Shown piece by piece: positions 19,466 through 28,138 of a stretch of DNA of 64,000 nucleotides. Source of the stretch: an uncultured Elusimicrobiaceae bacterium (GTDB taxonomy: Bacteria > Elusimicrobiota > Elusimicrobia > Elusimicrobiales > UBA9959); assembly GCA_964415175.1 (NCBI GenBank), contig CAYPYG010000001.1, positions 17,975 through 81,974 of the forward strand. Reading direction: 5' to 3'. The notes below the pieces were generated by a model. It did no database searches and was not told the DNA's origin. It saw nothing but the letters and a program-made list of their open reading frames with translations. A program made the translations under genes and the position numbers. Every line of letters begins with the position of its first letter. Position 1 is the stretch's first letter.

Positions 19466-19474
19466 TGCTATAAT
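19466..19474 (+). promoter_or_regulatory. Extended -10 box TGCTATAAT, 9 nt upstream of ATG 19484
   Basis: Consensus TGnTATAAT in an AT-rich gap; no Shine-Dalgarno sequence. Confidence 0.4.
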
Positions 19475-19483
19475 ATCCTCCCG

Positions 19484-20788
19484 ATGATAAGGACCGACAC
19501 GCTGATCATAGGCGGCGGCCTGGCCGGTCTTTCGGCCGCCAGGGAGCTCAGGGGCCGGAAAAAGGTGTTCCTGGCCGAACGCGAGGCGCGTTACGGCGGC
19601 CTGGCCGCGACCATACGCAAAGGCGGCTTCCATTTCGACTATTCCGGGCACCTGCTCCACCTGCGCTGGCCGGAGACGACCAGGCTCATTCTCGGCGCCC
19701 TCGGCTCCAATGTCCGCCGGCTGCGGCGCGACGCGCGCGTCTTCGCGCACGGCCGCTGGACCCCTTTCCCTTTCCAGGCCAATCTCGCCGGCATGCCTCC
19801 CGCGGTGCGTTCGGAGTGCGTGCGGGGTTTCCTGGCGGCCCGCGCGGCCGGCGGCGGCGCGCCCGGCGACGGGAGCGAGACCTTCGAGAAATGGAGCCGC
19901 CGCGTCCTGGGCGACGGCATCTCAAGGCACTTCATGCTGCCCTACAACGCCAAGCTCTGGCAGTACCCGCTGGACCGGCTCACTACCGAATGGTGCGCGC
20001 CTTTCGTGCCGGTCCCTTCCCCCGCCGAGATACTCAAGGGCGCCTACGGCCGGTCCAGGCCCGGCCTGGGCTACAACGCCGTCTTCCACTACCCGCGAAA
20101 GGGAGGCATCGGCGCGCTGGCCGCCGCCCTGGCCCTCGGGACCTCCGGCACGCATCTCGGCATCGAGGTGGAGAAAGTGGACCTGCGCGCCCGGAAAGCC
20201 CGGGTGCGGCACTTCGGGGAGGTCCGTTTCCGCCGGCTCATAAACACGGCGCCGCTCGACGAATTCGTGGCCCTGTGCGCCGACGCGCCGGCCGCCGTGC
20301 GCCGCGCCGCGGCGCGGCTGCGGCGCAACACCGTCTACGTGCTGAACCTGGGCTTCAGGGAACCGGCGCCCGCCATGCACTGGGGCTATTTCCCCGGCGC
20401 GGCCTTCCCCTTCTACCGGGCCGGGGTCTCCGGCAATTTCTCCCCCTTCCTGTCGCCGGCCGGGCGCTCCTCCTTCTACATAGAGATAGCCACCGACGGC
20501 CGCCCGCTGGACCTGGTATCCGCGGAGCGGGCCTGCGTGAAAGGACTGCTGGCCTGCGGGATGCTGAAGGACGCCGGACGGATCGAGGAGCGGCTCTGGC
20601 TCAAGATCCCCTGCGCCTACGTCGTCTACGACGCGGACAGGGCGGCGGCGCTGCCGGTACTGCGCGGCTGGCTCAGGGAGCGGAAGGCCCGCTCCATCGG
20701 CAGGTACGGCGGCTGGAAATATTCCTTCATGGAAGAAAGCGTGAAGGAAGGGCTGGAGGCCGCGCGGGAGATCGCCGCGGGCCTCTGA
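19484..20788 (+). CDS. FAD-dependent oxidoreductase (amine oxidase / UDP-galactopyranose mutase-like superfamily)
   Basis: LIIGGGLAGLSAA dinucleotide-binding motif; C-terminal GRYGGWKY resembles the Glf/amine oxidase family. Confidence 0.7.
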   Translation: MIRTDTLIIGGGLAGLSAARELRGRKKVFLAEREARYGGLAATIRKGGFHFDYSGHLLHLRWPETTRLILGALGSNVRRLRRDARVFAHGRWTPFPFQANLAGMPPAVRSECVRGFLAARAAGGGAPGDGSETFEKWSRRVLGDGISRHFMLPYNAKLWQYPLDRLTTEWCAPFVPVPSPAEILKGAYGRSRPGLGYNAVFHYPRKGGIGALAAALALGTSGTHLGIEVEKVDLRARKARVRHFGEVRFRRLINTAPLDEFVALCADAPAAVRRAAARLRRNTVYVLNLGFREPAPAMHWGYFPGAAFPFYRAGVSGNFSPFLSPAGRSSFYIEIATDGRPLDLVSAERACVKGLLACGMLKDAGRIEERLWLKIPCAYVVYDADRAAALPVLRGWLRERKARSIGRYGGWKYSFMEESVKEGLEAAREIAAGL

Positions 20789-20798
20789 GACCGCGGGG

Positions 20799-21689
20799 TC
20801 AGGACGGCAGTTTTATGCCGGCCTTCAGCATCGCGGCGCGGAGTCCCGGCCGCAGTTTCGCCGCCAACGGCGTCAGAGGCAGCCTCGGCTCGGGACCGCA
20901 GAGCCGCAGCAGCGAGACCGCGTACTTCACGGGGATCGGGTTCGTCTCCACGAAAAGGTTCTTCACCAGCGGGAAAAGCCTGTGGTGCATGGCGGCCGCC
21001 TCGCCCGGCTGGCCTTTCCTGAATAGTTCGCACATGCGCGAGACCTGCGCCGGGGCGATGTTCGAGACCACGGAAACGACACCCCTGGCCCCCACCGCCA
21101 TCATGGGAAGCGTCAGCGAATCGTCGCCGCTCATCACGGCGAAACCTTCCGGCGCGCCGTTGACTATCTCGCTGGCCTGGTCGAGAACGCCCGAGGCCTC
21201 CTTGATGCCGATGATATTGGAGAATTCCTTCGCCAGGGCGAGCACCGTGGCGGGCAGCATGTTGACGCCCGTACGGCCGGGGATATTGTAGAGGACCACC
21301 GGCAGCCGGGTGGCGCCCGCGAGCTCCCCGAAATGGGCCTTCAGGCCGGCCTGCGTGGGCTTGTTGTAATAGGGGACTATGGCCAGCAGACCGTCGACGC
21401 CGAGAGCGGAGACCTTCTTCGCCATCTCCGCCGACCTGGCCGTGGAATTGGTCCCCACCCCGGGCATCACCGGCAGTTTCCCCCCCGCCTCGTCCACGAC
21501 GGTCCTTATGACATCGAGGTATTCCTCGGGCGAGAGCGTAGCGGCCTCGCCGGTGGAGCCGCAGGGCACCAGGCCGTCGGCGCCGTTGGCGATCTGGAAA
21601 GCCACGAGGGACCGCAGCGCCTTCAGGTCGGGCCTGCCCCCTTTGAAAGGGGTGACCAGAGCGGTAAAACATCCTTCAAGTTTCAGCAT
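20799..21689 (-). CDS. dapA: 4-hydroxy-tetrahydrodipicolinate synthase
   Basis: TALVTPF...GLVPCGSTGE motifs and full-length family resemblance. Confidence 0.9.
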   Translation of the reverse strand: MLKLEGCFTALVTPFKGGRPDLKALRSLVAFQIANGADGLVPCGSTGEAATLSPEEYLDVIRTVVDEAGGKLPVMPGVGTNSTARSAEMAKKVSALGVDGLLAIVPYYNKPTQAGLKAHFGELAGATRLPVVLYNIPGRTGVNMLPATVLALAKEFSNIIGIKEASGVLDQASEIVNGAPEGFAVMSGDDSLTLPMMAVGARGVVSVVSNIAPAQVSRMCELFRKGQPGEAAAMHHRLFPLVKNLFVETNPIPVKYAVSLLRLCGPEPRLPLTPLAAKLRPGLRAAMLKAGIKLPS

Positions 21690-22492
21690 CGTTCCTCCCG
21701 TAGGACCATCTCGCCGGCGAAGACCAGGCGGGCCGGCCCCTCTATCGTTATACCGGAAGCGCCCGCGCCCGAGGGCTCCAGGCTTACCGTGAAATCCTCC
21801 CCGCTGCGCGAGCGCAGGGCGACCGGCGGTTCGACCGCGCCGGAGAGCGCCAGCGCTATCGCCGCGGCCGTTATGCCGGTGCCGCAGGCCAAAGTCTCGT
21901 CCTCCACCCCTCTCTCGTAGGTGCGCACCAGCACCCGGCCTCCCCTGGTCTCCGCGAAATCCGCGTTGGCGCCGGCCGGGCCGAAGGCGCGATGGCGGCG
22001 CAGCAGGCGGCCCAGCGCCGGCACGTCCACCCGGCCGACGTCCTTCACGGGGACGACGGCGTGCGGCACGCCGGTATCGAGGAAGTGGACCTCCCTCACG
22101 CCGGCGGGCCAGCGGCCGGGGTGACGCAGGGAGACCTTTTTCACGTCGGGCATGCGCATACGGACCCTGCCCCCGCCCGCGATCTCCACCGGCAGGGTCC
22201 CGGCCGCGGTGGAAAGTTCGAAGGAGCGCGGCGCCAGGCCGTTCAGGAACGCCCAGAGGGCCGCGCAGCGCGAACCGTTGCCGCAGAAGGCGGCGGAGCC
22301 GTCCGCGTTGAAATACCTCACGCTTATCACGCCGGGCCGCGCCCGCCGGACCAGGAGCAGCCCGTCGGCGCCTATGGAGAGACGGCGGTCGCAGAGACGG
22401 CGGGCCAGCCTGCCCGCCGCCGCGCCGCGGGGACCGCCGCCGGCGAGCAGCACGAAATCGTTGCCGGCGCCGGACATCTTCCAGAACTTCAT
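21683..22492 (-). CDS. dapF: Diaminopimelate epimerase
   Basis: MSGAGNDFVLL, CGNGSRC and ACGTG catalytic Cys motifs. Confidence 0.9.
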   Translation of the reverse strand: MKFWKMSGAGNDFVLLAGGGPRGAAAGRLARRLCDRRLSIGADGLLLVRRARPGVISVRYFNADGSAAFCGNGSRCAALWAFLNGLAPRSFELSTAAGTLPVEIAGGGRVRMRMPDVKKVSLRHPGRWPAGVREVHFLDTGVPHAVVPVKDVGRVDVPALGRLLRRHRAFGPAGANADFAETRGGRVLVRTYERGVEDETLACGTGITAAAIALALSGAVEPPVALRSRSGEDFTVSLEPSGAGASGITIEGPARLVFAGEMVLREERC

Positions 22493-23445
22493 CGCCCGCC
22501 TCCCGCCGCCTGCGCGAAACCGGCCAGGAACCGGCTTTCTCCGGCCGCGGCCTCCCCTAACGCCCGCGCGGCCTCTCCGCCGCGGCCCAGCGCCCGCAGG
22601 GCCAGGCCCCTGGCCAGCGCCAGCGGCTGGTCCCCCTCCGGCAGGAACCGGCCGGCCTCGTCGAAGGCCGCCAGCGCCCCCTTGCGGTCGCCGGCGAAGA
22701 GCAGATAGAGGCCGCGCTCGAAGAACAGGTCCCCGTCGCGGCAGTCCGCGCCGCAGGCTTCGGCCGCCAGTTCCGCGGCGCGCGCGTAGTCGCCCGACCT
22801 GGCTTTGAGACGGGCCAGCGCCCCGACGACCCCGCGGTCGGCGGGGGCCGCGGCCTTAGCCTCCTCCAGCAGGGCCGCGGCCCCCGCGAAGTCCCTCGCG
22901 GCTTCGAGGCAGCCGGCGTATTCCGACAGGAAAGCGGGGCCGGACGCGCCGGCCTCGCGGGCGTCCGCGTAGGAGGCCGCGGCCTGCGCCAGCGCGCCCA
23001 GGCCGGCGTAACTGCGGGCCAGGCCCAGGTTGAGCGGCACGGAACCGGGCTCTTTCTTCAGCAGCGGCAGGTAGAGCGGGACGGCCTTGTCGTAAAAACC
23101 GTTGGCGAGGTAAAGGTCGGCGAGCGCCCTCGGGAATAGCGCGTTGTCGGGGTAGAGCGCGGCGGCCAGTCTGTAGGAGGCCATGGCCTTGTCGGAAGCT
23201 CCCAGCGCCTCCTGGCATTTGCCCAGGCAGTAATACGCCCGCTCCTTGATCCCGCGCGCCGGGGAAAGTTCCAGCAGCGAGTTTATGGAGGCGACGGCAG
23301 TCCCGCAGTCCCCGGCCTCCAGGCCGGCGACGGCCTCCTGCAGGAGCTTCTCGTGGGCCGGGTCCGGCTTCTTCTTCCAGAAAAAAGCGCCGGCCCCGCC
23401 GGGGGAGAGCAGAACGGCCGACAGGAACAGCGCCGCCGCCCTCAC
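22489..23445 (-). CDS. Membrane-anchored TPR repeat protein
   Basis: N-terminal hydrophobic anchor followed by repeated A/L/Y-rich TPR-like units. GTG start preceded by GGAGGG; GTGA overlap with the patatin stop; ATGA overlap with dapF. Confidence 0.7.
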   Translation of the reverse strand: MRAAALFLSAVLLSPGGAGAFFWKKKPDPAHEKLLQEAVAGLEAGDCGTAVASINSLLELSPARGIKERAYYCLGKCQEALGASDKAMASYRLAAALYPDNALFPRALADLYLANGFYDKAVPLYLPLLKKEPGSVPLNLGLARSYAGLGALAQAAASYADAREAGASGPAFLSEYAGCLEAARDFAGAAALLEEAKAAAPADRGVVGALARLKARSGDYARAAELAAEACGADCRDGDLFFERGLYLLFAGDRKGALAAFDEAGRFLPEGDQPLALARGLALRALGRGGEAARALGEAAAGESRFLAGFAQAAGGGR

Positions 23446-24401
23446 AATCCCTCCAGCAGCGGCCCCGCCGAGCGCAGCGCGTAGGCGCGCCTGATCCCGT
23501 CCATGGCCGCCCAGGCCGCCGCGCGGCCCAGTTCGCCGGCCTCGGCGCAGCGCTCGAAATCGGCCACCTTTATGCCGCCGGCCCGCGGTTTCACCACGAA
23601 ATCGGCCCCCTTCTCCTGGCTCTCTGCCAGGATGGAGCCCCTGATGTCTATGACCTGCAGCAGCGAGAGCAGCACGTTGGACGGCATCTCGTCCACGCTG
23701 TTCTCGGTCACGCTGGCCAGCACCCATTCCGCCCCTATCCCGCGGGCCGCGTCTATCGGTATGAAGTCGACGACGCCGCCGTCCACCAGGTAGCGGTGCC
23801 TGTATTCGACGGGCGCGAAGATGCCGGGCAGGTTCACGCTGGCGCGCACCGCCACCGCCACCGGACCCTCGTCGAAGATGATCCGCTCGCCGGTGCGGAA
23901 ATCCATCGCGACGCAGGCGAAAGGGGTGCGCAGCGAGGAGAAGTCCCGGCCGCCCAGGTTGTCCTCTATGACCTGCGTGATGTACTTGGGCGAGATAAGT
24001 TTCTCGGTCAGCAGCAGGTTCAGCAGCCGGACGCCGCCGAAATCCCTGTCCAGCCTGAGTTCGGAGGTGCGGCGGCCGAACTCCCAGATCTTTTCGACCG
24101 GCATGCCCGAGGCGTAGAAGCCGCCGATGACCGACCCCATCGAAGTGCCGGAAACGCGGTCCACGGGGAAACCGGCGTAGAGCAGGGCCTCGAGCACCCC
24201 GGTATGCGCGAAACCGCGCGCGCCCCCGCCCGAAAGCGCGACGCCCGTGACGGGCCGCTCGCCGGCCGGCAGGGAGACCAGCCTGTCCCAGAACAGGTCG
24301 AGCAGCAGCGCCTCCCGCGAGGCCGCCGGCGCGGCGGCCGCCGCGCACGGGAGCGCCAGGAGAACGGCCGTCAGGAATCTCTTCGCGCAGAGCGGCTTCA
24401 C
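23442..24401 (-). CDS. Patatin-like phospholipase with signal peptide
   Basis: GVALSGGGARG and GTSMG (GxSxG) motifs. The GTG start at 24401 overlaps the TolC-like stop. Confidence 0.8.
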   Translation of the reverse strand: MKPLCAKRFLTAVLLALPCAAAAAPAASREALLLDLFWDRLVSLPAGERPVTGVALSGGGARGFAHTGVLEALLYAGFPVDRVSGTSMGSVIGGFYASGMPVEKIWEFGRRTSELRLDRDFGGVRLLNLLLTEKLISPKYITQVIEDNLGGRDFSSLRTPFACVAMDFRTGERIIFDEGPVAVAVRASVNLPGIFAPVEYRHRYLVDGGVVDFIPIDAARGIGAEWVLASVTENSVDEMPSNVLLSLLQVIDIRGSILAESQEKGADFVVKPRAGGIKVADFERCAEAGELGRAAAWAAMDGIRRAYALRSAGPLLEGL

Positions 24402-25666
24402 TCGGGCAGTCCTTCGCCCTGCGCCCAGGCCAGCCTGATAGCGGCCATCTTCTGCAGGTAGAGACTCTCGAGCAGGGCGGTCTCCTTCCCGTAGACGGCC
24501 CTGAGTCCGGCGGCCGCGCGGCCGGCGTCGGGACCCGCGCGGTAGGCTTTCTCGTAGGCCGTCGACAGGCTTTCCAGCGAAGCCCGGGCCGCCTCGGCCT
24601 CCTCGAGGCGGAACACGGCCTCCTCCCACGCCGAACGCAGTTCGCCGCGCAGACGGTCCTCCAGTTCGACCCGCTTGAGCACGCCCTGGCGCTGCTGCGC
24701 CCGGCGCTGCAGGATCTGCGTCCACCAGTCGTAGGAAAGCGGGAAATGCATGGCGACCGAGGCGGCCCAGCTGCCGGTGCGGTCGCGCATGGCGGAGATG
24801 GAGTCCGCGTCGTAGGCCACGGCGTCGTAGACGGCGCCGACATAGACGTTGGGGTAGCGGCGCAGCGAGGCCATGTTAAGCGCTATCTCGTCCATCTGCG
24901 CGCGGTAGATCTCCCCGCGCAGTTCCGGGCGCCGCTCCGTGGCGGCGATAAGGGCCTTCTGCAGGGTGCCCTCCGGCGGCTCCGCGGCCAGCTCCCCCTC
25001 TATCTCCAGGGGACCGTCGGCGCCGCGGGCCAGCTCGGCCAGGACGGACAGGGCGTCCGCGTAGGCGCGCGCGGCCCGCTCCTTCTCGCGGCTAAAAGTG
25101 TCCAGCGCCGCGGCCGTCTCCAGCGCGTCCCAGCCGCCGGCGGCCTTCGCGGCCAGCGCGGCGGCGCGCAGGTGATAGGAGGAGGCCGCGGCCAACAGTT
25201 CCCGCCGGTAAAGCGCGGTGCAGAAAGCCTCCCTCGCCCCGCGCGCCGCGGCCAGCCGCTCGGTCTCCAGTTTGAGGCGCGACTGGCTCCAGGCGTGCCG
25301 CGCCATGCGCGCGGCGTTGCGGTTGCGTCCGCCGGTATAGACCGGCTGCACCAGGTGGGCGCGGAGGGCGTAGGTATTGTCGCCGTAGGCGCCGTCCAGG
25401 TAGCGGCCGCCCAGTTCCTGCGGAAGTATCATCGGGTACTCCAGGTTCAGCCTGGAGAGGGAACCGGAAAACGCGATCTGGGGCAGCAGCAGCGACCTGG
25501 CCTCGCGCAGCCGCTGGCGCGAAATGATCACGTCCTGCTCGGCGGAAAGGAGGGAGGTGTCGTTCTTGAGCGCCAGTTCTACGAAACGCTCAACGGTTAT
25601 CGGCCCGGCCGCGGCGGGAGCCGCCGCGCACGGGAGGAATATCGGCAGGAGCAGGAGGAGGCGCAT
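24398..25666 (-). CDS. TolC-family outer membrane channel protein
   Basis: Signal peptide; duplicated OEP-type coiled-coil/barrel repeat pattern. Confidence 0.75.
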   Translation of the reverse strand: MRLLLLLPIFLPCAAAPAAAGPITVERFVELALKNDTSLLSAEQDVIISRQRLREARSLLLPQIAFSGSLSRLNLEYPMILPQELGGRYLDGAYGDNTYALRAHLVQPVYTGGRNRNAARMARHAWSQSRLKLETERLAAARGAREAFCTALYRRELLAAASSYHLRAAALAAKAAGGWDALETAAALDTFSREKERAARAYADALSVLAELARGADGPLEIEGELAAEPPEGTLQKALIAATERRPELRGEIYRAQMDEIALNMASLRRYPNVYVGAVYDAVAYDADSISAMRDRTGSWAASVAMHFPLSYDWWTQILQRRAQQRQGVLKRVELEDRLRGELRSAWEEAVFRLEEAEAARASLESLSTAYEKAYRAGPDAGRAAAGLRAVYGKETALLESLYLQKMAAIRLAWAQGEGLPE

Positions 25667-25669
25667 CGC

Positions 25670-26248
25670 TCATGTCTTGAGACCGGACAAGACCCCCCCG
25701 AGTTCCGCGGCCGCGGCTTCCAGTTCAGCCTTCAGCGGGCCGGCCTCCGGCCTGGCGGCGGCGGCCTCCAGGCGGGACCTGACGGAGGCGACGGAATCCT
25801 TGCTTTCCTTCACCGACTGCTGCAGCGAGCCGGCCATGTTGTTGAACTGCTCCTGCAGGTCCTCGAGATGGTCGCCCTTGCGCAGCCAGACCCGGTAGGT
25901 CAGGTCGCCCTCGGCCAGCGTGGCGCAGCTCTTCTCGAACTTGAAGATGGGGCCGGCCATGCGGTGCGAAACGACGGCGGACATGATCAGCACGATGACC
26001 ATGTACATGAGCATCTTGATGAGGAAGAGCGGCCCCATCGAGGCCATCTCCTCCAGCATCGGCTGCATCATCGGGCGGTCGTTGACGAACTTCGAGAGCG
26101 TCCAGATCAGGTCCAGGCCCACTATCAGGAACGCCACGAACACGCTCATCGTGATGAGCGCCATGTACCGGTACTGCAGCCCCTTCTTTATGAGTATCGT
26201 CTTGCGCTGGAAGGCCGGCTTGGCCTGCGCCTGTGCTTTGTCCGCCAT
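25670..26248 (-). CDS. Two-TM HAMP-domain protein with coiled-coil tail and no recognisable output domain
   Basis: Two TM helices, HAMP-like SHRMAGPIFKFEKSCATLAEGDLTYRV, then an Ala/Glu/Leu-rich coil. Confidence 0.6.
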   Translation of the reverse strand: MADKAQAQAKPAFQRKTILIKKGLQYRYMALITMSVFVAFLIVGLDLIWTLSKFVNDRPMMQPMLEEMASMGPLFLIKMLMYMVIVLIMSAVVSHRMAGPIFKFEKSCATLAEGDLTYRVWLRKGDHLEDLQEQFNNMAGSLQQSVKESKDSVASVRSRLEAAAARPEAGPLKAELEAAAAELGGVLSGLKT

Positions 26249-26258
26249 ATTCTCCCCC

Positions 26259-27293
26259 TTAAAAGAGAACTTCCATCAGCCCGTCCCAGTCCTTCGAGAC
26301 GGTCTTGAGCTGCCCGGTGGCCTTCTCGAGCGGAACGCCGACTATCCGGTTCCCGACCAGCGCCGACATCTGGCCGAACTGCCCGTCGCGCACCAGCTCG
26401 GCGGCCTTCACGCCGACGCGCACGCCCAGCATGCGGTCGAACAGCGTGGGCGCGCCGCCGCGCTGCATGTGGCCTATCACGGCCGAGCGGGTCTCGAAGC
26501 CGGTGTTCTTCTCGATGAACGAGGCGATGCGCTCGCCCATGCCGCGGTCCTTCAGGATCACGTGGCCGAACTGGTCCAGTTCGCGCTTCTGCTCCCCTTC
26601 GCCGACGACCGGCAGCTCGGAGGCCTCGCTGGTCACGACCAGCGCGAACTTCTTCTTCGCGTAGGCCTCCTTGATCTTCTTGAGCATCGCGCCGGTGTCT
26701 ATGGTCTTCTCGGGGATGCAGACGAAGTCGGCGGCCGAGGCGATGGCGGTGAACAGCGCCACCCAGCCGGCGTGGCGGCCCATGACCTCCAGCACCATGA
26801 CGCGGCGGTGGCTGCGCCCGGTGTCCATCAGCGACTCGGCGGCGTCCATGGCCCTGGTGACCGAGGTATCGAAGCCGAAGGTGTAGTCGGTGGCGTCCAG
26901 GTCGTTGTCCATCGTCTTGGGCACGCCGACGACGTTGAGCCTGTGCTCCTTATAGAACTTCGTGGCCACGCCCAGCGTGTCCTCGCCGCCCATGGCGACC
27001 AGCGCGTGCAGGCCCAGTTTTTTGAAGGTCTCCAGGCACTTCTTCACGTTGTCTTCCTTCTTGAACGGGTTGGTGCGGGAGGTGCCGAGCATCGTGCCGC
27101 CCTTCATGATCACGTACTCGGTGATCTCCCTGTTCAGCGGCGTGGTCAGCCCCTCCACGAGGCCCTTCCAGCCGTCGGTAAGGCCGACGCATTCGTAGCC
27201 GAACTTCTCGGCCGCCCAGACGCAGCCTTTTATGGCGGGGTTGAGACCGGGGCAGTCCCCGCCGCCGGTCAGGATAGCGATCTTCTTAGCCAT
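26259..27293 (-). CDS. pfk: 6-phosphofructokinase (PFK-A family; GGEDT/PKTMDND-type motifs; phosphoryl donor uncertain)
   Basis: ILTGGGDCPGLN, MGGEDTLG and PKTMDNDL motifs. Confidence 0.9.
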   Translation of the reverse strand: MAKKIAILTGGGDCPGLNPAIKGCVWAAEKFGYECVGLTDGWKGLVEGLTTPLNREITEYVIMKGGTMLGTSRTNPFKKEDNVKKCLETFKKLGLHALVAMGGEDTLGVATKFYKEHRLNVVGVPKTMDNDLDATDYTFGFDTSVTRAMDAAESLMDTGRSHRRVMVLEVMGRHAGWVALFTAIASAADFVCIPEKTIDTGAMLKKIKEAYAKKKFALVVTSEASELPVVGEGEQKRELDQFGHVILKDRGMGERIASFIEKNTGFETRSAVIGHMQRGGAPTLFDRMLGVRVGVKAAELVRDGQFGQMSALVGNRIVGVPLEKATGQLKTVSKDWDGLMEVLF

Positions 27294-27320
27294 GGTATGT
27301 GTCTCCTTGCCTTGAGGTGT

Positions 27321-28088
27321 TCAGAAACTGGTCGTGTAGCGCATCTGCACCACGCGCTCGGGATTGCGCTCGGAGCCGTCCAGGAAATCCTCGCTGGCGC
27401 CGAGGTCGCGCATCGCCACGTCCAGGTGGAAGTACGGCGTGATGAAGAACCTGGTGCCGGCGTTCACGCGCTTGGGATTGTCCGAATGGAAAAGGTTGTC
27501 GTACTCGAACATGAAGGCCATCTTGTCGCCGAGCGTGTAGTTGGCCGCCAGGAAGCCGAAGATGTAGCCGTCGTCGAAATCGGGCACGTTCAGGCCGCCG
27601 TGGAAGACCAGTCCGGGGGCCAGGTATTCCTTGGAGCCGACCACGTAGAGGCCGCGGCCCTTCTCCATGTACTTCTTGAGCGCCTTGCGGTAGAAGTACC
27701 CCTGCCCGTCGAAACCCAGCGCCAGCGCCGGCACGTAGTAGTCCCCGTCGTGGAAGCGGTAGCGCACCTGTATCTCGGGGCGGACCATCCTCACGGGAGA
27801 ATCGGAGCCCACCAGTTTGTCCACCGCCATCGAAGCGCCCAGGTTGAGCCGCTCGAGCACGCCGAAGTTCAGCGAACCCAGCACTCCGCCCTCGCTGTAG
27901 AAGCGGGTCTTTATCAGGAAACCGTAATAATCCAGTATGCCGGCCGTCGGGACGTCTATCAGGCCCGTCTCGGGCAGTATGACGCCCTCCGGCTTCTCCT
28001 CCCGTTCCGCGCCTTTCTGCGCGGCCAGGGGGGCCGCCGCGAGCACCGCGAACGAGAACGCGAACAACGCTGTCATGGTCTTTTTCAT
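27321..28088 (-). CDS. Outer-membrane beta-barrel-like protein, unknown function
   Basis: Signal peptide MKKTMTALFAFSFAVLAAAPLAA; alternating strand pattern; C-terminal ...RYTTSF. Confidence 0.55.
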   Translation of the reverse strand: MKKTMTALFAFSFAVLAAAPLAAQKGAEREEKPEGVILPETGLIDVPTAGILDYYGFLIKTRFYSEGGVLGSLNFGVLERLNLGASMAVDKLVGSDSPVRMVRPEIQVRYRFHDGDYYVPALALGFDGQGYFYRKALKKYMEKGRGLYVVGSKEYLAPGLVFHGGLNVPDFDDGYIFGFLAANYTLGDKMAFMFEYDNLFHSDNPKRVNAGTRFFITPYFHLDVAMRDLGASEDFLDGSERNPERVVQMRYTTSF

Positions 28089-28138
28089 CTTTTTCTCTAC
28101 GCTCCTTGGTCTTTCACCGAACGACATTCTAGAAAATT

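Noticed and set aside
22489-24843. 784-aa ORF treated as a single protein.
   Set aside because: Only the C-terminal 318 aa (TPR protein, GTG start 23445 with GGAGGG upstream) look real. The upstream part is R/G/P-rich and overlaps the well-supported patatin and TolC-like genes in another frame.
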